From NCBI GenBank assembly GCA_040954595.2, contig CM082578.2, positions 7,115,519 to 7,179,518 of the forward strand: DNA of 64,000 nucleotides, given 5' to 3'. The notes under the pieces were generated by a model, which saw only the letters and a list, made by a program, of their open reading frames with translations, did no database searches and had not been told where the DNA came from. A program made the position numbers and the translations under genes. Below are positions 15,001 to 30,500 of this stretch, piece after piece; position 1 is the stretch's first letter, and each line of letters opens with the position of its first letter. This stretch comes from Balanoglossus misakiensis (lineage: Eukaryota > Animalia > Hemichordata).

Positions 15001-18000
15001 CCATCATCTGTATGCTTTTAATTAACATCATCCAGATTCCTGGTCAGTTTTACTGTAAATCATGTTCCCAACATTTTTCCTCATTTCTTTTCTTTTTACG
15101 AAAAAAAAATGTCCCCAAATTTTGCCAAATGAATAATAAGTGGTAAATGTCCATGTATAAAAAAAAGATCTAACTAAAAACATTATGGCAGTGAAAGAAT
15201 TTAAAAGCATGTCGTCAAATTTGTTTGTGTCGACCTTGAAATAATCCTTGTTCCATTTCAATGTTATGAGGGATCGGTGAATGTACATGTATTTATTTTC
15301 CCTAACATTTGTGTCCACATGCATTACATATATCAGCTTCCCCCCCCCCCCATTGTCAAATATACACACCTACCTGGCATCCAACCATGCACCTGAAATC
15401 CCCTCAACTCAAATCAATGTTGTCCGTGCGTCGTGCCTGTAAACACAGCACCTTGTTATTAAAATGCAGCACTCGATGCATGCTTCCTTTTGTCACTTGG
15501 TGGGAATTAGCAACCGTACTGATTCATGGCGCTGTCCTGTTCTTCTTGCAGTCATTCCGGCCCAAGAGCGGGCCCCTAATCTGATGTACCACCCCGACCA
15601 GGAGGAAGTGGTGCTGAAGGGAGAGTCGATGATGCTCAAGTGTTTAGCCGAGGGATAGTGAGTCGCTTGTTCATCTCTTATGTAGATAATAATGACAAAT
15701 GTTACATTATATCAACGGTGTTGTTGTGAAAATAAATGCATATGTGTAATACGTGTTCTTTATGTGGACTCAAGTATATAAAGGTATCTAGTACAAGTAT
15801 GTACATGTAGATGTATACATCCCAAGGTTCTTCTTGATTTAATATTCTCATTGGTAAAAACTGCATTTTTGACAAATTTCTGGCAAAGGCATTTTTTGCT
15901 CACATTGTCACTTGTGAGCTAATATCATACTGATGTCTGTCTGGCTGTCTGTGGTCAGCCAACTGCATCTGTTAATATCAAAAACAAGAGCATGGCATGT
16001 TTCACCACCAGGGGGCGGTGTCATCTCCAAGTAATCACTCAGTGGTCTACTTCCAGTAGTTGAATAGTGCCGGGGTGAAAAGTTCATTCAATACCGTGCC
16101 TGTTGTGGAACACACTGAACCGTCGCTAAATTAAATTGTTAATAATGAAACTTTTTTTTACCCTTTTTTCTTCCTAGTCCAACTCCGGAAATCGTATGGG
16201 AACGCATTGATGCTCCTCTGCCTATGGATAGGGTCATGCACGATTCCTTTGGGCAGTTGCTGATTATTGAGAGAGTAGAATACAGTGATGAGGGATCTTA
16301 CCGATGTACTGCGGCAAATGGCGTTTCTCCTCCAAAGAGTTGGGTGGTCGGAGTGAGCGTTGAAGGTAATTTGTGACAGGGTAACCAAAAACACGAATAA
16401 AACTGGACAACATGTTTTGTATAGGTGGATATTACAGTATAACTATATATCGTATACAAGTGGTTTTCACAGTCGAGCCATAGGAAGTTGTACTTATGTG
16501 TACTAATGTGAGATTGACGAGATATCTGCACTTTTAAAGGTACACAGTAACCAAGGCAAATTTAGCCACTAACCATGTAAAGTTCACATCCAGCCAATTA
16601 CAGATTTTTCATGGGTTGCCATGCGAAAAAAAAGTACACTGCCAAACAGTCATTCAAGGTCTTAGACTCAGCCTTTTGACCATATATGGGCATTTGTAAG
16701 TTTAATGTGATTTTTAAACCCGTATTAACACAGAATGTTTGTATCTTGTGACAGCTGCCCCATTTTGGGAGGAGGATCCCATAGACAAGACAATACCTCC
16801 AGAGAGTGACTACGTCATGCAGTGCCAGGCAGGGGGTATTCCCGCTCCTCGAATCACTTGGCTTGAGAATGGTGCACCTATATCAGACCCAGGTGAGGAT
16901 GAGTCCACTATTTTCTTTTCCAGGCTGCCACGACTCGTGCTTTATTTACCATGATCATCAGATCGACCTCTGTTTACAAAAGTTGATCGGATGTTTCATT
17001 TGATTTACTGGGTTGAGGGTCGGTCAGTCGTTATGAAAATTGAAAAGTTTATTTTCACATTGGGCTGTGATGATCGTCTTTGCCACCCGCACCGTCACCC
17101 TTCAAGTGACATTTTATGGCAGCCATTTTGTTTGGAGGGGGAGGGGCAATTGAAGGAAGAGCAGGGTGTGTGTGTATGTACCATGTGTCAGATCAGAGAG
17201 AATGACAGACTGGCCTCAAGGCACTCATACCACAAGGCATGGTTAACCCGTGCAATTCAACACTGATGAATAACAAGTCTCGTGAAAATAATGTCTGTCG
17301 TCGTTTGCATCACAAAATCCTATTTCTGAAAAAATGTAAAAATTAAAAACTCTTCCTCCTTTCTCTGTCTGACCACCACCACCTTCTCCTCGTCACCTCT
17401 CCGTAGGCTCCAATCCCAGACGGAGAATCCAAGGCGATAGCATCACCTTCACTAACGCCAGAGTGGAGGACACCAGTGTATACCAGTGCGTGGCTGAGAA
17501 TACCCACGGCGAGCTGATGACCAGCTTGTTCCTCAACGTTGTCTGTAAGTAGCTCAACTTTGCTTGTGTTCAAAGTTACACCGTCACCTGTATTCAAAAC
17601 CAACCACAGACACACCATGTATACTGGTAACTTAGCTCTGGAGTCGAAGATTTTCACTTGGCTGGCGAACAAACACATTTGCTGGCTTCTCCTGGACTCC
17701 GACACTGACTATGGTCACCGCTATCTTGTTTGTTGTTAGGCTAGCACACTGCCTTTGACTGTATACAATTTTTGTATAAACCAGAGTCTCTGGTAGGGCA
17801 CATGCGCATAGATCGATCGTCGCCCTTTAAATTGTGACTGTCCCCTATCTATGTGACATTCTGGATGAGTTTTTAATACGTTGGGTATTTCTCACACAGA
17901 TACAATATAATCCACACATAGTACTCCCAACTCTATTATAACAAGTATTGGCGACATGAAATGTAAAGTGCCACTGTTTTCTCTTGTTAATTTCACCAGC

Positions 18001-21000
18001 TGTGCCAGCAGAAATCCGGGTGCCACCAGCGAGGAAAACTCGTGCTGTTGAAGAAAGCACAGTGACTATAGATTGTCTGGGCTTTGGCTCTCCTGATCCC
18101 ACCATCACCTGGTCTTACGGCGGTCAGGTAGGTTGCAATTCAGTGTTTTCAGAAAGACAATATTTGCCTTCAATTAAGCTCCACTCACCACCATTTTAAT
18201 TTCGTGATATTGCCTAAAATTGAGTAATAAGTTCATTCCAAGTCAAAGTAAGCAAAGTCAAAGTAGTAGCTTCTTGGTTTTTGTGCGACAGAGCATCATG
18301 AAATTTTTTTTATTTTAATTTATTTGGTTCATGTTTCCCACCTGAAATTAATTTCTTTCTTTATAGTGACATAGGCAATAGTGTTGTTCTGAGATTCTAA
18401 CACCTTCCATCTTTGTCTCTTCTGCTTCCAGGAACTGTCCGGTGACCAATTTGAAATTTTGCCGAACGGTACACTGATCATCTCAAATCTTCAAAAAAGC
18501 AATGCTGGCTCCTACAAGTGCACTGTGAAGAATGACTTTGGTGAAGAAACCAAAACTGGCAAATTGGAAGTCAAAAGTATGTGTATATCTGTCAATGATC
18601 TCAACTTACAACCAAGAGGTTATACAAATTAAATGGCATGAACTGCGAACAACTTCAACAACATGGAAATTTTACTGTCCCCTTGTTTGGATGGTTGCCA
18701 CAGAGAAGAATTGTCTGTCACCTAAATTATTCTCGTAACAATGACACCATCCTTGTCTTCATCTTCTGGAGTAAACAACCAACTACCTATTATCATTGTT
18801 GGTGGTGGTGATATCGTTGTTGATCCGGGCCTAAACTTTCAGCCAAACATTCCAACTTGTCCCGTTTTCATCCACGAGCACAGCGTGTTAATGCAACGAT
18901 CTTTCTCACCTGTACTTTTTCGCAGCCAAGACTCAGATCACCATTCCGCCGAGCGACACCTTCGTCAGGGAAGGCGATGCCGCCGAGTTCAAGTGCTCCG
19001 TCACCACCTACGAGGGGGCGGACCTCAACGTGTTCTGGGAGAGGGACGACACGCGACTGGACACCGAGCTGGCCACCTCGCGGTACACCGTCGGCGACGA
19101 CGGTTCGCTGATCATAAGCCGAACCCAGATGTCCGACACCAACGACTACGTGTGCGTGGCGCAGACAGATTTGGACGAAGTCAAAGCCGAGGCAAGGCTC
19201 ACTGTGCAGAGTAAGTGTTAATTAACACTCTACTGATGAACAAAAGAAATTATTTTGTGCGCAAGTGAAAATGTAGCAAAAAAAATTTAGCGGACGGTTG
19301 TTGAAATTTTTTTAGTCGGAGGCCGAAATTGTAATAGTTCATCTCAACTGTTTCTCATCAAACGCAAGAGCAAGAGCAGACATGAAGTAGCCAAGGAGTT
19401 GCAATTCAGAATGTCTTCTCTATCTATAGCACACAACATTAGCACCTTCCTTTTAGAATGATTTCTTTTTGATATTAAAAATAAAATTATCATTGCACTG
19501 TTTTTTTTTTTAAATAGCAGCTACAACTGGATTACAAAAATAAATCTGCACTAATTTGCAAACTCTAATACAAATCCCAAATCTACTTACATTTCTGCCA
19601 ACTGGACCATGTCACTAACAATACTTTGGTTAAGATTTCATACCGTCCTCCCTTGCCCCAGTTTTAATGGTACAGTTTGAAGTCTCGTTTAATTTTTCAA
19701 TTAAAGGTATACAGTCACCTATGGAAATTCGGCTACAGTTACCATGGTTAACTTGAGATCTAGCCAATCACGGATTTTCAGTGGGTGGAACACGCAAAAA
19801 AAGAGCACCTCCATATGTTCTTTAGAACCCTATAATACGCCATTTTAGCCATATACGGGCGTATGTTAATTGGGGGTGACTGTATACCTTTAAACACCAA
19901 GAAATAGGGATGTGAAGAGTTGAAGAGTGATGAAGTGAACTCTCATGAGTGGTTTTGCCTCTTTATTTTCTCGTCAGATGTACCAACACAGCCGTTAAAT
20001 CTCCGGTTAGAAAACGCTAATGACATTGAGGTGGATCTGACCTGGTCCCCGTCCGAGCCCAACAATTCGCCGCTGGAGAAATACATCGTGCAGTACACCA
20101 CATCGTTCACCAACTTCGGCGACTTCCAGGAACTGATGAATGTGCCGGCCGGCCAGACCACAGCCAACTTGAACCTGTCACCCTGGGTGACCTACAAGTT
20201 CCGGGTGATCGCCAGGAATGCCATCGGCAACTCCGCTCCCAGCGAAGTGTACGGCGAGTACAGTACTCAGCCGGCAGCCCCCACGGAGAATCCCAAGAAG
20301 CTCGCCGGGAAAGGGACCCGGCCTGATAACATGATCATCACTTGGGAGGTGAGTGACACCTTTGTCTTCATTCAGTTCTTCCGATGTCCAGCACAAAGCG
20401 TCGGTCATGTGTATTTGTACACTCAGTCTATTGTTGTTGAACATCTACAACAAACTTGTGTTAAGGTATACGGTCACCTATAGAAAATAAGCAATAGTTA
20501 CCACGGCAAATTGAGATCTAGTCAATCACAGATTGTCAGTGGGTAACACACACGAAAAAAAGAGCGCCACCATATGTTCTTTAGAACGCTCAAATACGCC
20601 ATTTCAGCCATATATGGGCGTATGTAAATTGGAGGTGACTGTATACCTTTAACCAGATTTACAGTTGGAAAGACTGCTGTGTGAGCTATAACCCCTATTT
20701 TTTTGTCTGTTGTCGGCCATTGAGAGTATTTCTGTGCAGTGAAGAATGCCCTAACTAACCCTCGTTTGTTGCCCATGCCCTGTGCGAGCCATACCAGTGT
20801 CTAACAGGGGCCGTCTTTTCCTCTTGTAACCGTAGCCTGTACCCGAAGAAGAGCACAACGGAGTGGGATTCTACTACCTGCTGAAGTATCGCAAGGAGGG
20901 AGCCAGCGCTTGGGAAGATGAGCCCATCAACAACTGGCGAGAAACTCAGTTCATCGTGACGGACACGCCAACATTCACACCCTATGAGATCTCCATCCAG

Positions 21001-24000
21001 AGTATCAACGAGAAGGGAAGCACAGGGCAACCTACTGAGGCCATAGGTTTCTCTGGCGAAGATGGTAAATAATCTTCTAAAGGGACAAAGTCTCTCTCTG
21101 GCTGCCCTTTTTCCTTTAATTATGTTTGATACAAGACACTGTTTATGTTATTCTACATGTGGATATATAGTGAATCCACATTCAACAACACACAACTTCC
21201 ATCCCGTTTGTAGGATATGAGAGTAAAAATCTCGCCAAAATGAATAAATGGTAAACACCAATTATTCATTTTGGCCAGTTTTTTTCACTCTCGTGTCTAC
21301 AAGCGGGATGGAAAGTGTGTGTGGTAATTGTTATGGTACTCAGGTCATCTATCACAGCCACTTTTTATTATAAGGTAGTTTTTACTACACGCAAATTGTA
21401 TCATATATACCGGTACAACAAACAAGATGAGCTCGAGCAGTCCTCTGTGACTTGCTGGCCTTATTTTCGCATCGACTACTCGGAGATAACGCCATGTTTT
21501 GGAAGGCTGCCCTCTTTATGAAAAAGGCATATTAACATTTGAAGACTGAGTGATAGGTAAAACAAAATGTTTTTTGTTGCACTACACAGCTCCCAAGGAA
21601 GCTCCTACAGATGTTGCCTTCGAGATCATAAACTCCACCTGTGTGAAAGTCATGTGGACCAAACTTAAGAACGAAGACGTACAAGGAGTTCTACTGGGTT
21701 ACAAGGTATGTAGAGGAAAGTTGCAGGGGGGAACGTCAAAAATTACACTTTGATCTGCATTTTGACATCACCCCCCATTTATTCCCAAAAATTGGCATTT
21801 TTTTTTTCGGAATCCTTAAAATCAACTTCTTGCACTTATCAGTACTGATCACAAGTTTGAAATTATTCTCCTGTAATTCATTCTAAGTTGTCACTCTGAA
21901 ACTTGAAAATTCTACAGGTACATGTATAAATAAGGCTGTGGTCCATGGAATGCATGGATGCTCAATATTGCATATTAAACCCTTTCACCAACATTCTCCC
22001 GTCCAAATCCATTTCTTACATGAATATACTGTACAACACTTTATTTTCGCGGGTTGAAATTTTCGCGATATCGAGAGAGGCCACTGTTTCACGAGTATTA
22101 ATTTTCGCGTTCTCTTATTTCATTCACTGCGTCGTTATCTTTAAAAAAAATTATGCGACTTTTTATTTTCACGCTATTTTGGCTATTTCGCGAAAATTTA
22201 TTGCTCGCGAAAATAAAGTGTTTTACAGTAGTAAGATTGGGTGTCTACAGAAAGAAATGGGGGTGTGAAAGGGTTAAACTTACAGCAGAGGATGGGCTGG
22301 CTAGTTAACGGGTGGCATTAGTTCTTGTAAAATCATGGCCACTGAGCACTGCTGTGTAAATGTTGACAGGTTCGGTATTCAGGTGAGCCCACCGCAGTAC
22401 AGCGACAGAAGCGACAGGCGGAACAAGAAGAGGCCGAGTTTGATCAGTCTCCCGGATATCTGAATGATCTGACACCGCATACCGACTACACCATGACGGT
22501 GCTGGCCTACAACAGTGCGGGCGACGGAAAGGCGAGTGCACCCGTGCCATTCAGGACACCGCAAGGACGTGAGTACAAGTGAAAGTATTGTTACATGGTA
22601 CTTTCAGTAGTTTTAAAGCACACTACAGTGAAACCTTGTCATTACGGACACCTGTCTAATCCGGACACCTTTCTATAAAGGACAGATTTTTCAAGACAAC
22701 AGTCACTGTTTGAATAGAATATTGCCTGGACACCTCTCTATTGGTTCCAGGGGTGTCCTTAAAAGACAGGTTTCACAGTAGTTTCTTTATTCACTACAGC
22801 ATGTTTTCATGCCAAGTATTCAGCTTGTCAAGAGAGTAGGTATATGTGTAATATGCAATGTCAATGGGGCACTGACCTACCTTCAATCCTACCAGAAAAT
22901 ACCCTCTTTCCCAGACAACATTCAAAATTTAAAGATATGGGTCATTCTGTTGCAGTTTCGTATGTCTGTTCTATAGTTCCATTCACAACACACACACACA
23001 CACATGTGCATGCATACGCGCATGCACTCCAACACAGACACACACACAAACACATTAACGTAACATTATGAGCAAGGAACAGCTCAGACTGTAAATCTTA
23101 ATGGGCTACTCCTCTGCATTTTCAGCGCCGGGTCCTGTGGCTAACTTCGAAGTGACAAGTCTGTCTGGCGGTATGTACTTGAGCTGGGACTTCCCAGAGA
23201 GTCCCAACGGTGTCATCACAGGTTACGTCATCAAATACAACAAAGGTGAGTGGTGGGCTTCTTTCGTTTTTCCCCTGTTCACTGTCGTCTAAATTTCAGC
23301 CTTTTGTGACACAAAAACTCATATTATCTGACAGTTGTCACCTGTACAGGCCATCTCACGGTTTTCACGCTTTCTGTTCGTAGTTCGGGGTACAGAAACT
23401 GGCGCCGAGAAGCAGGAGATGATTTCTGACCCGTACATCTTCAAGAAGAAGATCTATGGTTTATCCGCCGAAGAGCAATACGATGTGCGCATCGCCGCCC
23501 ATACTGAGGACGACGTAGGCGAATACACTCAGAAAAGAATGGTGCCACGCGTTGTCGGACGTGAGTAGAACTTATTTCCAATTGTCATGTGTCTGTGTGT
23601 GTGTGTGTGTCTGTGTGTGTGTGTGCGTGTGTGTGTGTGTGTGTGTATGTGCATGCGTGTGTGTGTGTGTGTGTCTGTGTCTGTGTCTGTTGTCTATGTG
23701 AGTCTTCATCTGTGTAACGTTGAGAATTCACTTATTGATGGCAGAGTCATATAGACTTGACCCAGTATCATAGATATCAACACAGTTATACTCCCTGGCC
23801 ACTTTACATGTAATACCACCCAGACCTTTTCCACACACCCGATAATGAATTTGGACTACCACTATCAATCATAGAACAGTATCCCCACACTGTGTTCTTG
23901 TGTTAGTCCAAACAAAGTTAATATTAACATACAGTCAAATCGGTGTTAGTGTCCACCTCTATGTAGTGGAAACTTGTCTATATTGGCCATTTTGTCACAG

Positions 24001-24490
24001 TCCCTGTGCAGTTTACATTTCATGTCTATAAAGGCCAGTTTCAGAAAGTCCCTCGACTGCCCTCTATAGACAGGTTTGACTGTACCTATTTTAGAAATTC
24101 ATCCCTGCCTTTTTTTGGCAACAATCTCTTCCTCATCAAAGATACAAGACTTTGACTACATGGGACATATAGCCTGCAATATCCTAAGTTATGTCTTTGA
24201 ATGCATAGAATCTCACAATGTGTTCCAACTGTCAAACCTTTCATTTTCTACAGCTCCTGCTCCACCTTCAGCACCCATCTTCACCCTTGTTGGCGATTCA
24301 ACCATGAATGTAACTTGGGACGAAATAGACGATACAGAGCCCTCAGTTGATAAATATGTTGTCATGTACAAGCAGTCTGGTAAGGATACTTTTATGCTAA
24401 TTTTGTCACTTATGTGTCTGTGAGAAAGAGAGTGAAAAAACAGAACATAGATGTGCTGTTTTTCAAGCTTTAATGAATGATTATTATTGG

Positions 24491-24539
<49 letters not shown>

Positions 24540-27500
24540 CTTACTGCCTATACATACATTTGCAGATGTAACTATAAATTGGACTGAAATTATTTTAGTA
24601 TTTAATTTAAAAGATCCTTCATCTACTTTATTAATAGAAATGTCCGCCATGCCAATCAGTGACATCTGTACATGGCATGTCTAATGATCTTTAATTGAAC
24701 AATTCTGCGGGCAGTTGAATTAAATTACATAACTCTGGCGTGGATTGCCACTTTAATAGTGAGATAAGTGGATCCTATAGAAATGTTCTAGCTGTTTAAT
24801 TATATTTCAAATTTTTTTTTTGGAGTATAAAATTTGCCCCAATTTATGTCAGTCATCTTTCTGTTGATAAACAGTTAAATTGGTAGCAATTCATAGTGTT
24901 GAACCAATATTTTACTGCAGGATCAGTCATTTGTCCTGACATCTTCAGAATTTAATTTTTGCTGCACTGGCAGCGCCCTCAAGTGGTAAATTCAGAAAGA
25001 CTTACTATTAAATAGGTTCATCATGTCTAAAGTATCATCTGTTCAGATGTGTAACAGGTCTTGTACAAAGACACATACTGCTGTACTTGTATGTGTCCGA
25101 TTAGCTTTCATCGCATCGTAACTTGTTACTTTTCTATTTTTTGTTTACTTTGATTGGATGTTCAACACACTGGGTGTCATTAAGTTTTTACACATAAACG
25201 TTTTTGGTTAAAACGAGCTCACCTTGCACTTCAACTGACCCACTGACCAGTATGAGTCAAAGTTCACATTTATTTACAGCACATTATAAAACATTTTCCA
25301 TTTTGATTTACTGTAAAATACTTGATATCAGTTCTAAAGTAAAACTCAACTAGCATCAAGTCTTGAAGGTGAAAGTGTCCTGAACAGGTGTGGGGTTTTT
25401 TTTTTGAGAAACAACAATTTTAGTCCCTGCATGAACCCATGCTCCATTTGCCAGTGGGTGCCACTGCCATTAAATATAAGATTCAGCGAGACACACTGGC
25501 TATAAACCAGGGAACGGATTGCTATGTTTGGAAAGTGAACAAGAATGAAGCTGGTCTTAATTTGAATATTAATGATCTCCCATGATGCACTTGGTTCAAC
25601 CCGTGACATCATCATCAGCACACAGCGGAGTCTGTATAATAGATATATACACACAGTGTGCGATTGCCAAGTGAGAGTGTTATTGGTTATGGTGGATGTG
25701 TGTGTCTGATACGTACTTTGCCGTTTGTTGGGACAGAAAGACGGTCCTTTCGCTGGTTGTTGACGCAGTCGGATTTTACTGGCAGCCTCCCGATACCAAA
25801 CTACCTCCATTGCTTAAATTTCTGGTGAGGGGAAATATTCCGATCAGTGTATTTCAGCTGCACACATGTTTATCGGCCTTCAGGATATGGAATTGCGTAT
25901 TACAGTAGCTCTGTGTGTCTACCACTTAACGCTGCCAGCATTTCTGCATCGTCCAGCCCTATTTCTTGTGTCTGTCAGGTATTTGTCTGAAAAATATGGC
26001 ACGATGTTGTGGTTGCCTGTACTCTCAGTGGCGGTGCATTGTTGTTCGGCTGATATGTTATGCATCAGTGCATAAGGCTTCACCTTTGTGGTGTGTCTGT
26101 AGAGTGTGTACGCCTAGGGAGGGGCCTGAGCTCTCTCTGCACAGTTTACCCAACTTCAGCAACCCTTTGAACTGGGCTGTTGTTTTTATTATTTACTGTA
26201 CAATCTAGTCATAGGCAATCTCCCCCTGGTATATACGGTCCACCCAGACGCTGACAAATTCCCCTCTCTCTCTCTCTGTGTTGTGAATTCTCCGCAGGTA
26301 ACGGCGAAGAGGGATGGGAAGAGTCGCCGGCTGTTGACCCACTGGAGCGCAGTTGGCATATCCTCAGTGGCTTGAACAGCGGCACCAAGTACGACGTGAA
26401 GATCAGGGCCATGAACAACGAAGGCGACGCAGAGGGACCCATGTCCACCCAGCAGACATCCGGCGCAGGTAAAGAGTTTCGAAAAAATAACACACACACA
26501 AGCGCGTGAAAAAGCGGGTGGTATCAATAGCTGTTGCAGTGAAACTTAACCGACATGTGTTAATGCTTTCGTTATTCCTTTCGGTTAAATATGGGTGGCA
26601 CCATTGGCTTTGGGAAATTTAAATACAGGCCGGTGGATTGCCGTGATGCTGCTAAACAGAAACCTGTAGCATAAACTTGCTGCGAACGATTTTATACTCG
26701 ATAGGCATAAAAAATGATATGGTTACCTCAGCCTAATCTCCTTTTTTCAGTTTTTTTTTGTCTCCACTGCATTATGCATGAGCCCCCCATTGTATGCCAA
26801 AACAATGTCCACTGAGCAGTCAAATGCAAATAGCTATTCCAGCTATGCTATTCATCATGGTGTGACCCCATGCTTTCCAAAAGCCTACACCAGCAGATCA
26901 GGCTTTGTGCAACAGACAAGGATGATTCAAAAACTAGCAGAATTAACAGAAGTTAGATTGTTGTGTTCAACTGCACAGTAGCTGTTGAGAGTCAGAATTT
27001 TGTAGGTTTTGTTGGAAAATAAGTGAAGGTGCATGAACTTGGGGTACTAGGGAGTAATGTTTGGAAGTGTGTATATCACTCGGAATTTTATCTTTTGGAG
27101 ATATGAAAATTTTGTCTGTTTTTTTGCTCTGTCTTGATGTCTTGTCCTTTTGTAGGCTCAGACGATTGTGCATTGTACCCTGTAAATGCAGTAAATGCCT
27201 CCGAGTCATAAAAAAGAGCGATTGAAAATAGCTGAGGTCAACAACCTCTTTTCAAACACGAGATTTAAGGCGGCTATTCGGAGATGAGTACGTGAATATT
27301 GCAAGAGATGCATGTGGTTGAAAAGTCCAGATAATGTTTCAAAAGGTGAAAATATACCAGGAAAAGTTGCTGGGTAATGTGCAATTTTTAGTGCCAAGTT
27401 CATTATGACCCAGTTATGTATGGGTAAATTTAAGCATTCCCTACCACGCTTAGGTATAGCTTAAAATAGGTATCACATCACTAATAATTATAATATTCAA

Positions 27501-30500
27501 CACGTACTGGAAATAACTTTGATGAAAGTGCTTACAGCACATGCTGGTCAAAGAGGGCTTGTGAAATCTCCCACGACTCCAATCGGATAATCTGAAACTT
27601 GTTGCATGTTGTGAAAACCAGAGGAGTTATGTTTGCAAAATTTAAAATAAAATTTGACTGCAGCAAAATATCCAGTGTTGAATTTCAAAATAAAATTTTA
27701 AGACATCATAACAACATGGTGGCTGTGGATTTCAAAATAAAATATTTTGTCAGTGACAAGAACGGTGCTGATTTCCCTCCATCCAAACACACAATAAGAC
27801 AAACAGAAAAGTGGGACTCAATCCCCAAACTTTACAAGTTGAAACGTGTACTGTCCTCAAGCAAAAACAGTATGACAAGAGAAAACAATATAATCAGGTA
27901 GTATCGTGATAATCACGTCATACAGACACTGATATTCACACCAGATGAAAAAATAAATTTCATTTAATATCAAGTGTCATGAATGTGATTGATGCTGTAT
28001 TGAAGATTATGATTTTCGATTGGCATGATTGTAATCTTAATTTTTGTGTCATTCAGATCTCAATGACAAGCTAATTTTCATATCAGCCACGTGCTGTTAC
28101 TGAGTGTCATTGAAAATCACATCAGGGTCGGTCAGTTTTTTATTTGGCGTTTAAAATAAACATTCTCTGAGAATCTAAAACAAATTACAGCAAGAAAACT
28201 TTAATGGTTGGTTGTTAATGTTTCCAATGTGTCACTCTCATTGAATATCTTGTTCACACTCCAGATGGTGTGAGAGGGAACCCCCCCCCCCCATTGCTGG
28301 TTTCAATAAAGTGTCCCGACTCATTTTCAAAGTAAAAGAGGTTGTAAAATTGTTGTAAATCTAATAAAAACACACAAGTACAAGAAAATCAACATGAAGG
28401 ATTCTTATAAGCAAAAACTTGGAATGTCTATTTGATGATGACTATTTGACAGATGATTTCATGAGTAACAACAGCTGGTCTCAGTGAAAGCAGATTAACA
28501 TTTTCGATGCAGCTGCTAAAATACATATGCCATACAGGGAAATATTTAATACCAGTTTCAATACTTCCAGGATATTTTGAATCATGATATGATGTTGGTA
28601 CACAAGGCACCCAGTGAATGTGTCACTTGCCGCGAACAGTAAAATCTTTCTTGGTATTTAAGTGCATCCTGTTTTTCCTGAAAGAAGTGTCAAAATCAGG
28701 ATATGAACATTTTTCCAGAATAGACGTTTTTGCCAAGTTACGCAATTAGGCATCATACATAATTCTGATCAGGTGTGTTTAATTAGCACGCCAATTTTCC
28801 AGTCTGCGTTTTTCTCTGCTCTTCCCAAATGTTGAATCTGTCACTGAATAATACGGAATCATGTGTCAAAATACATCTCGGATTTTCCTGGGAAAATCAC
28901 CGGATCTCGTTTACATCTCACAAAGGCATTCATTGTGACACAAAAAGTGTGGAGGTTCTGGTGTATGTAAATACATACTAGAAATGTCAAAACTTTCAAT
29001 TGATGCGATAATGGCTTACCGGTAATTCACATTTTGAAGGGTGAAAAAAAAAAATATGCTGGGAATGCCAAATGGTGCTGACCCCCCTGTGAATCTGTGT
29101 GATAAAGAGTTAGAAACAGGATAAGTCAATCAGAGTTCACGCATGTCTGGAAAATTCAGGACTCGTAAACCACTTCTGGAAATTCTGTGAAGATCCTAGA
29201 AGAATGAAATCCATTTCACGCCTTGGGTTTAATCTCACATACTACATGAAATAAAAAACTTGCAAAGTCCTAAAATTCGAAGTGATGACGTTAGATGAAC
29301 TCTAACTATTTGATTTATGTTTATGCCCAGTGATAAATAAAAAAAGCCCAGTTAAAAGTGAAAACTTTCAGTCAATATTTAGACTGAAAGATGCAGCTGC
29401 TTGTGAGAGCTCTGTACCCCAGGTCAGAGGAATGCGTACAGAGCACCAATATAAAAAGATAGTAAATCTTGCATGCCAGTCAACATTTTGATAGAGAATA
29501 AACTGTGGTCTGGTTGAAATCAACAAGTTCATAAGTATGGCAATGCAAGAGAGAGAGGAATTTGCAGTGGACAAGTCCCTGTCGGCACGGTTTCCATCAA
29601 AAGGGGAGATTAGGTACCACCACCAGACAGCAGTAATCATGTAATGGCTGATAACGCTTGCTTCCACTTAAAGAAATACTTTTCCCTTGTCGGGAACTTA
29701 AGAGTTCATTTCTCTGTTTTTTTACCGTCTGACCATATTTTTCTTTCTCCTTGTTTACAGGTGCTTATGCTGCGGCCGACAATTTCTACTCCGAAGGATG
29801 GTTTATCGGTTTGATGTGTGTCATCGTGTTCCTCCTCATAATTCTGCTCATCATTTGCCTGATCAAGAGAAATAAGGGAGGCAAATACCATGGTGAGTGA
29901 TACCCTCTGAAACACCAACACACCTCACTGAAATACTGTAGGACTCAAGCCAGGATTTCTGGGGGTAGCTGCTGCATTCTACTCAGGTGTTTTGTGTGAA
30001 CGATATTTTGACTGACATCTCTGGCATGGATTTCTCTCTGCTGAGTTTTTTGAGATTAGAAGGACCTTTATTTATTTCGTTTGGTTTAGGTTGGGTTGGG
30101 TTGGTTGAGAAGCGATCAACAGGCTTGTAGTTGTACCGTATTGATTTGATTTGATGATGTCTTCATAAAAGCCCAATTACAGCTGTTAAAACTAGTCCAC
30201 TGTGGCAGAGTGACGTTATCGCCAATATCTTGATCCAGCTCGCGCCACTAGGCTGTCATCACGCCGGTGATGCGTACCACGAACCCCGGGGACAGTGAAG
30301 TCTTTGTGTCGAGGAATTCCGCAGTTGTTTTTATAAAAAAGAAAAAAAAACTCGCAGCAGAAACCTTGCGAGGATGTTTGACCAGAACCTGACATCACGC
30401 CTGAAAGGAGAATTGATTCCCGGCGAGGGCTTTTGTTCGCGGAGAATGGCCGTTATTTATTCGTGTTTTGGGATGTCAATATATAGAGTGCATAAAACAG

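Noticed and set aside
14858-15048. AG-free tract ending gcag|gtatta, and a 7-nt ccag|ATTCCTG|gtcagt mini-exon
   Set aside because: The first reading hits a stop and the second is not a multiple of 3; there is no other support.
22370-22388. Internal donor TCAG|gtgagc that would join FN3-4 in frame and drop the furin site
   Set aside because: It would delete half an FN3 domain; most likely a chance match in coding sequence.
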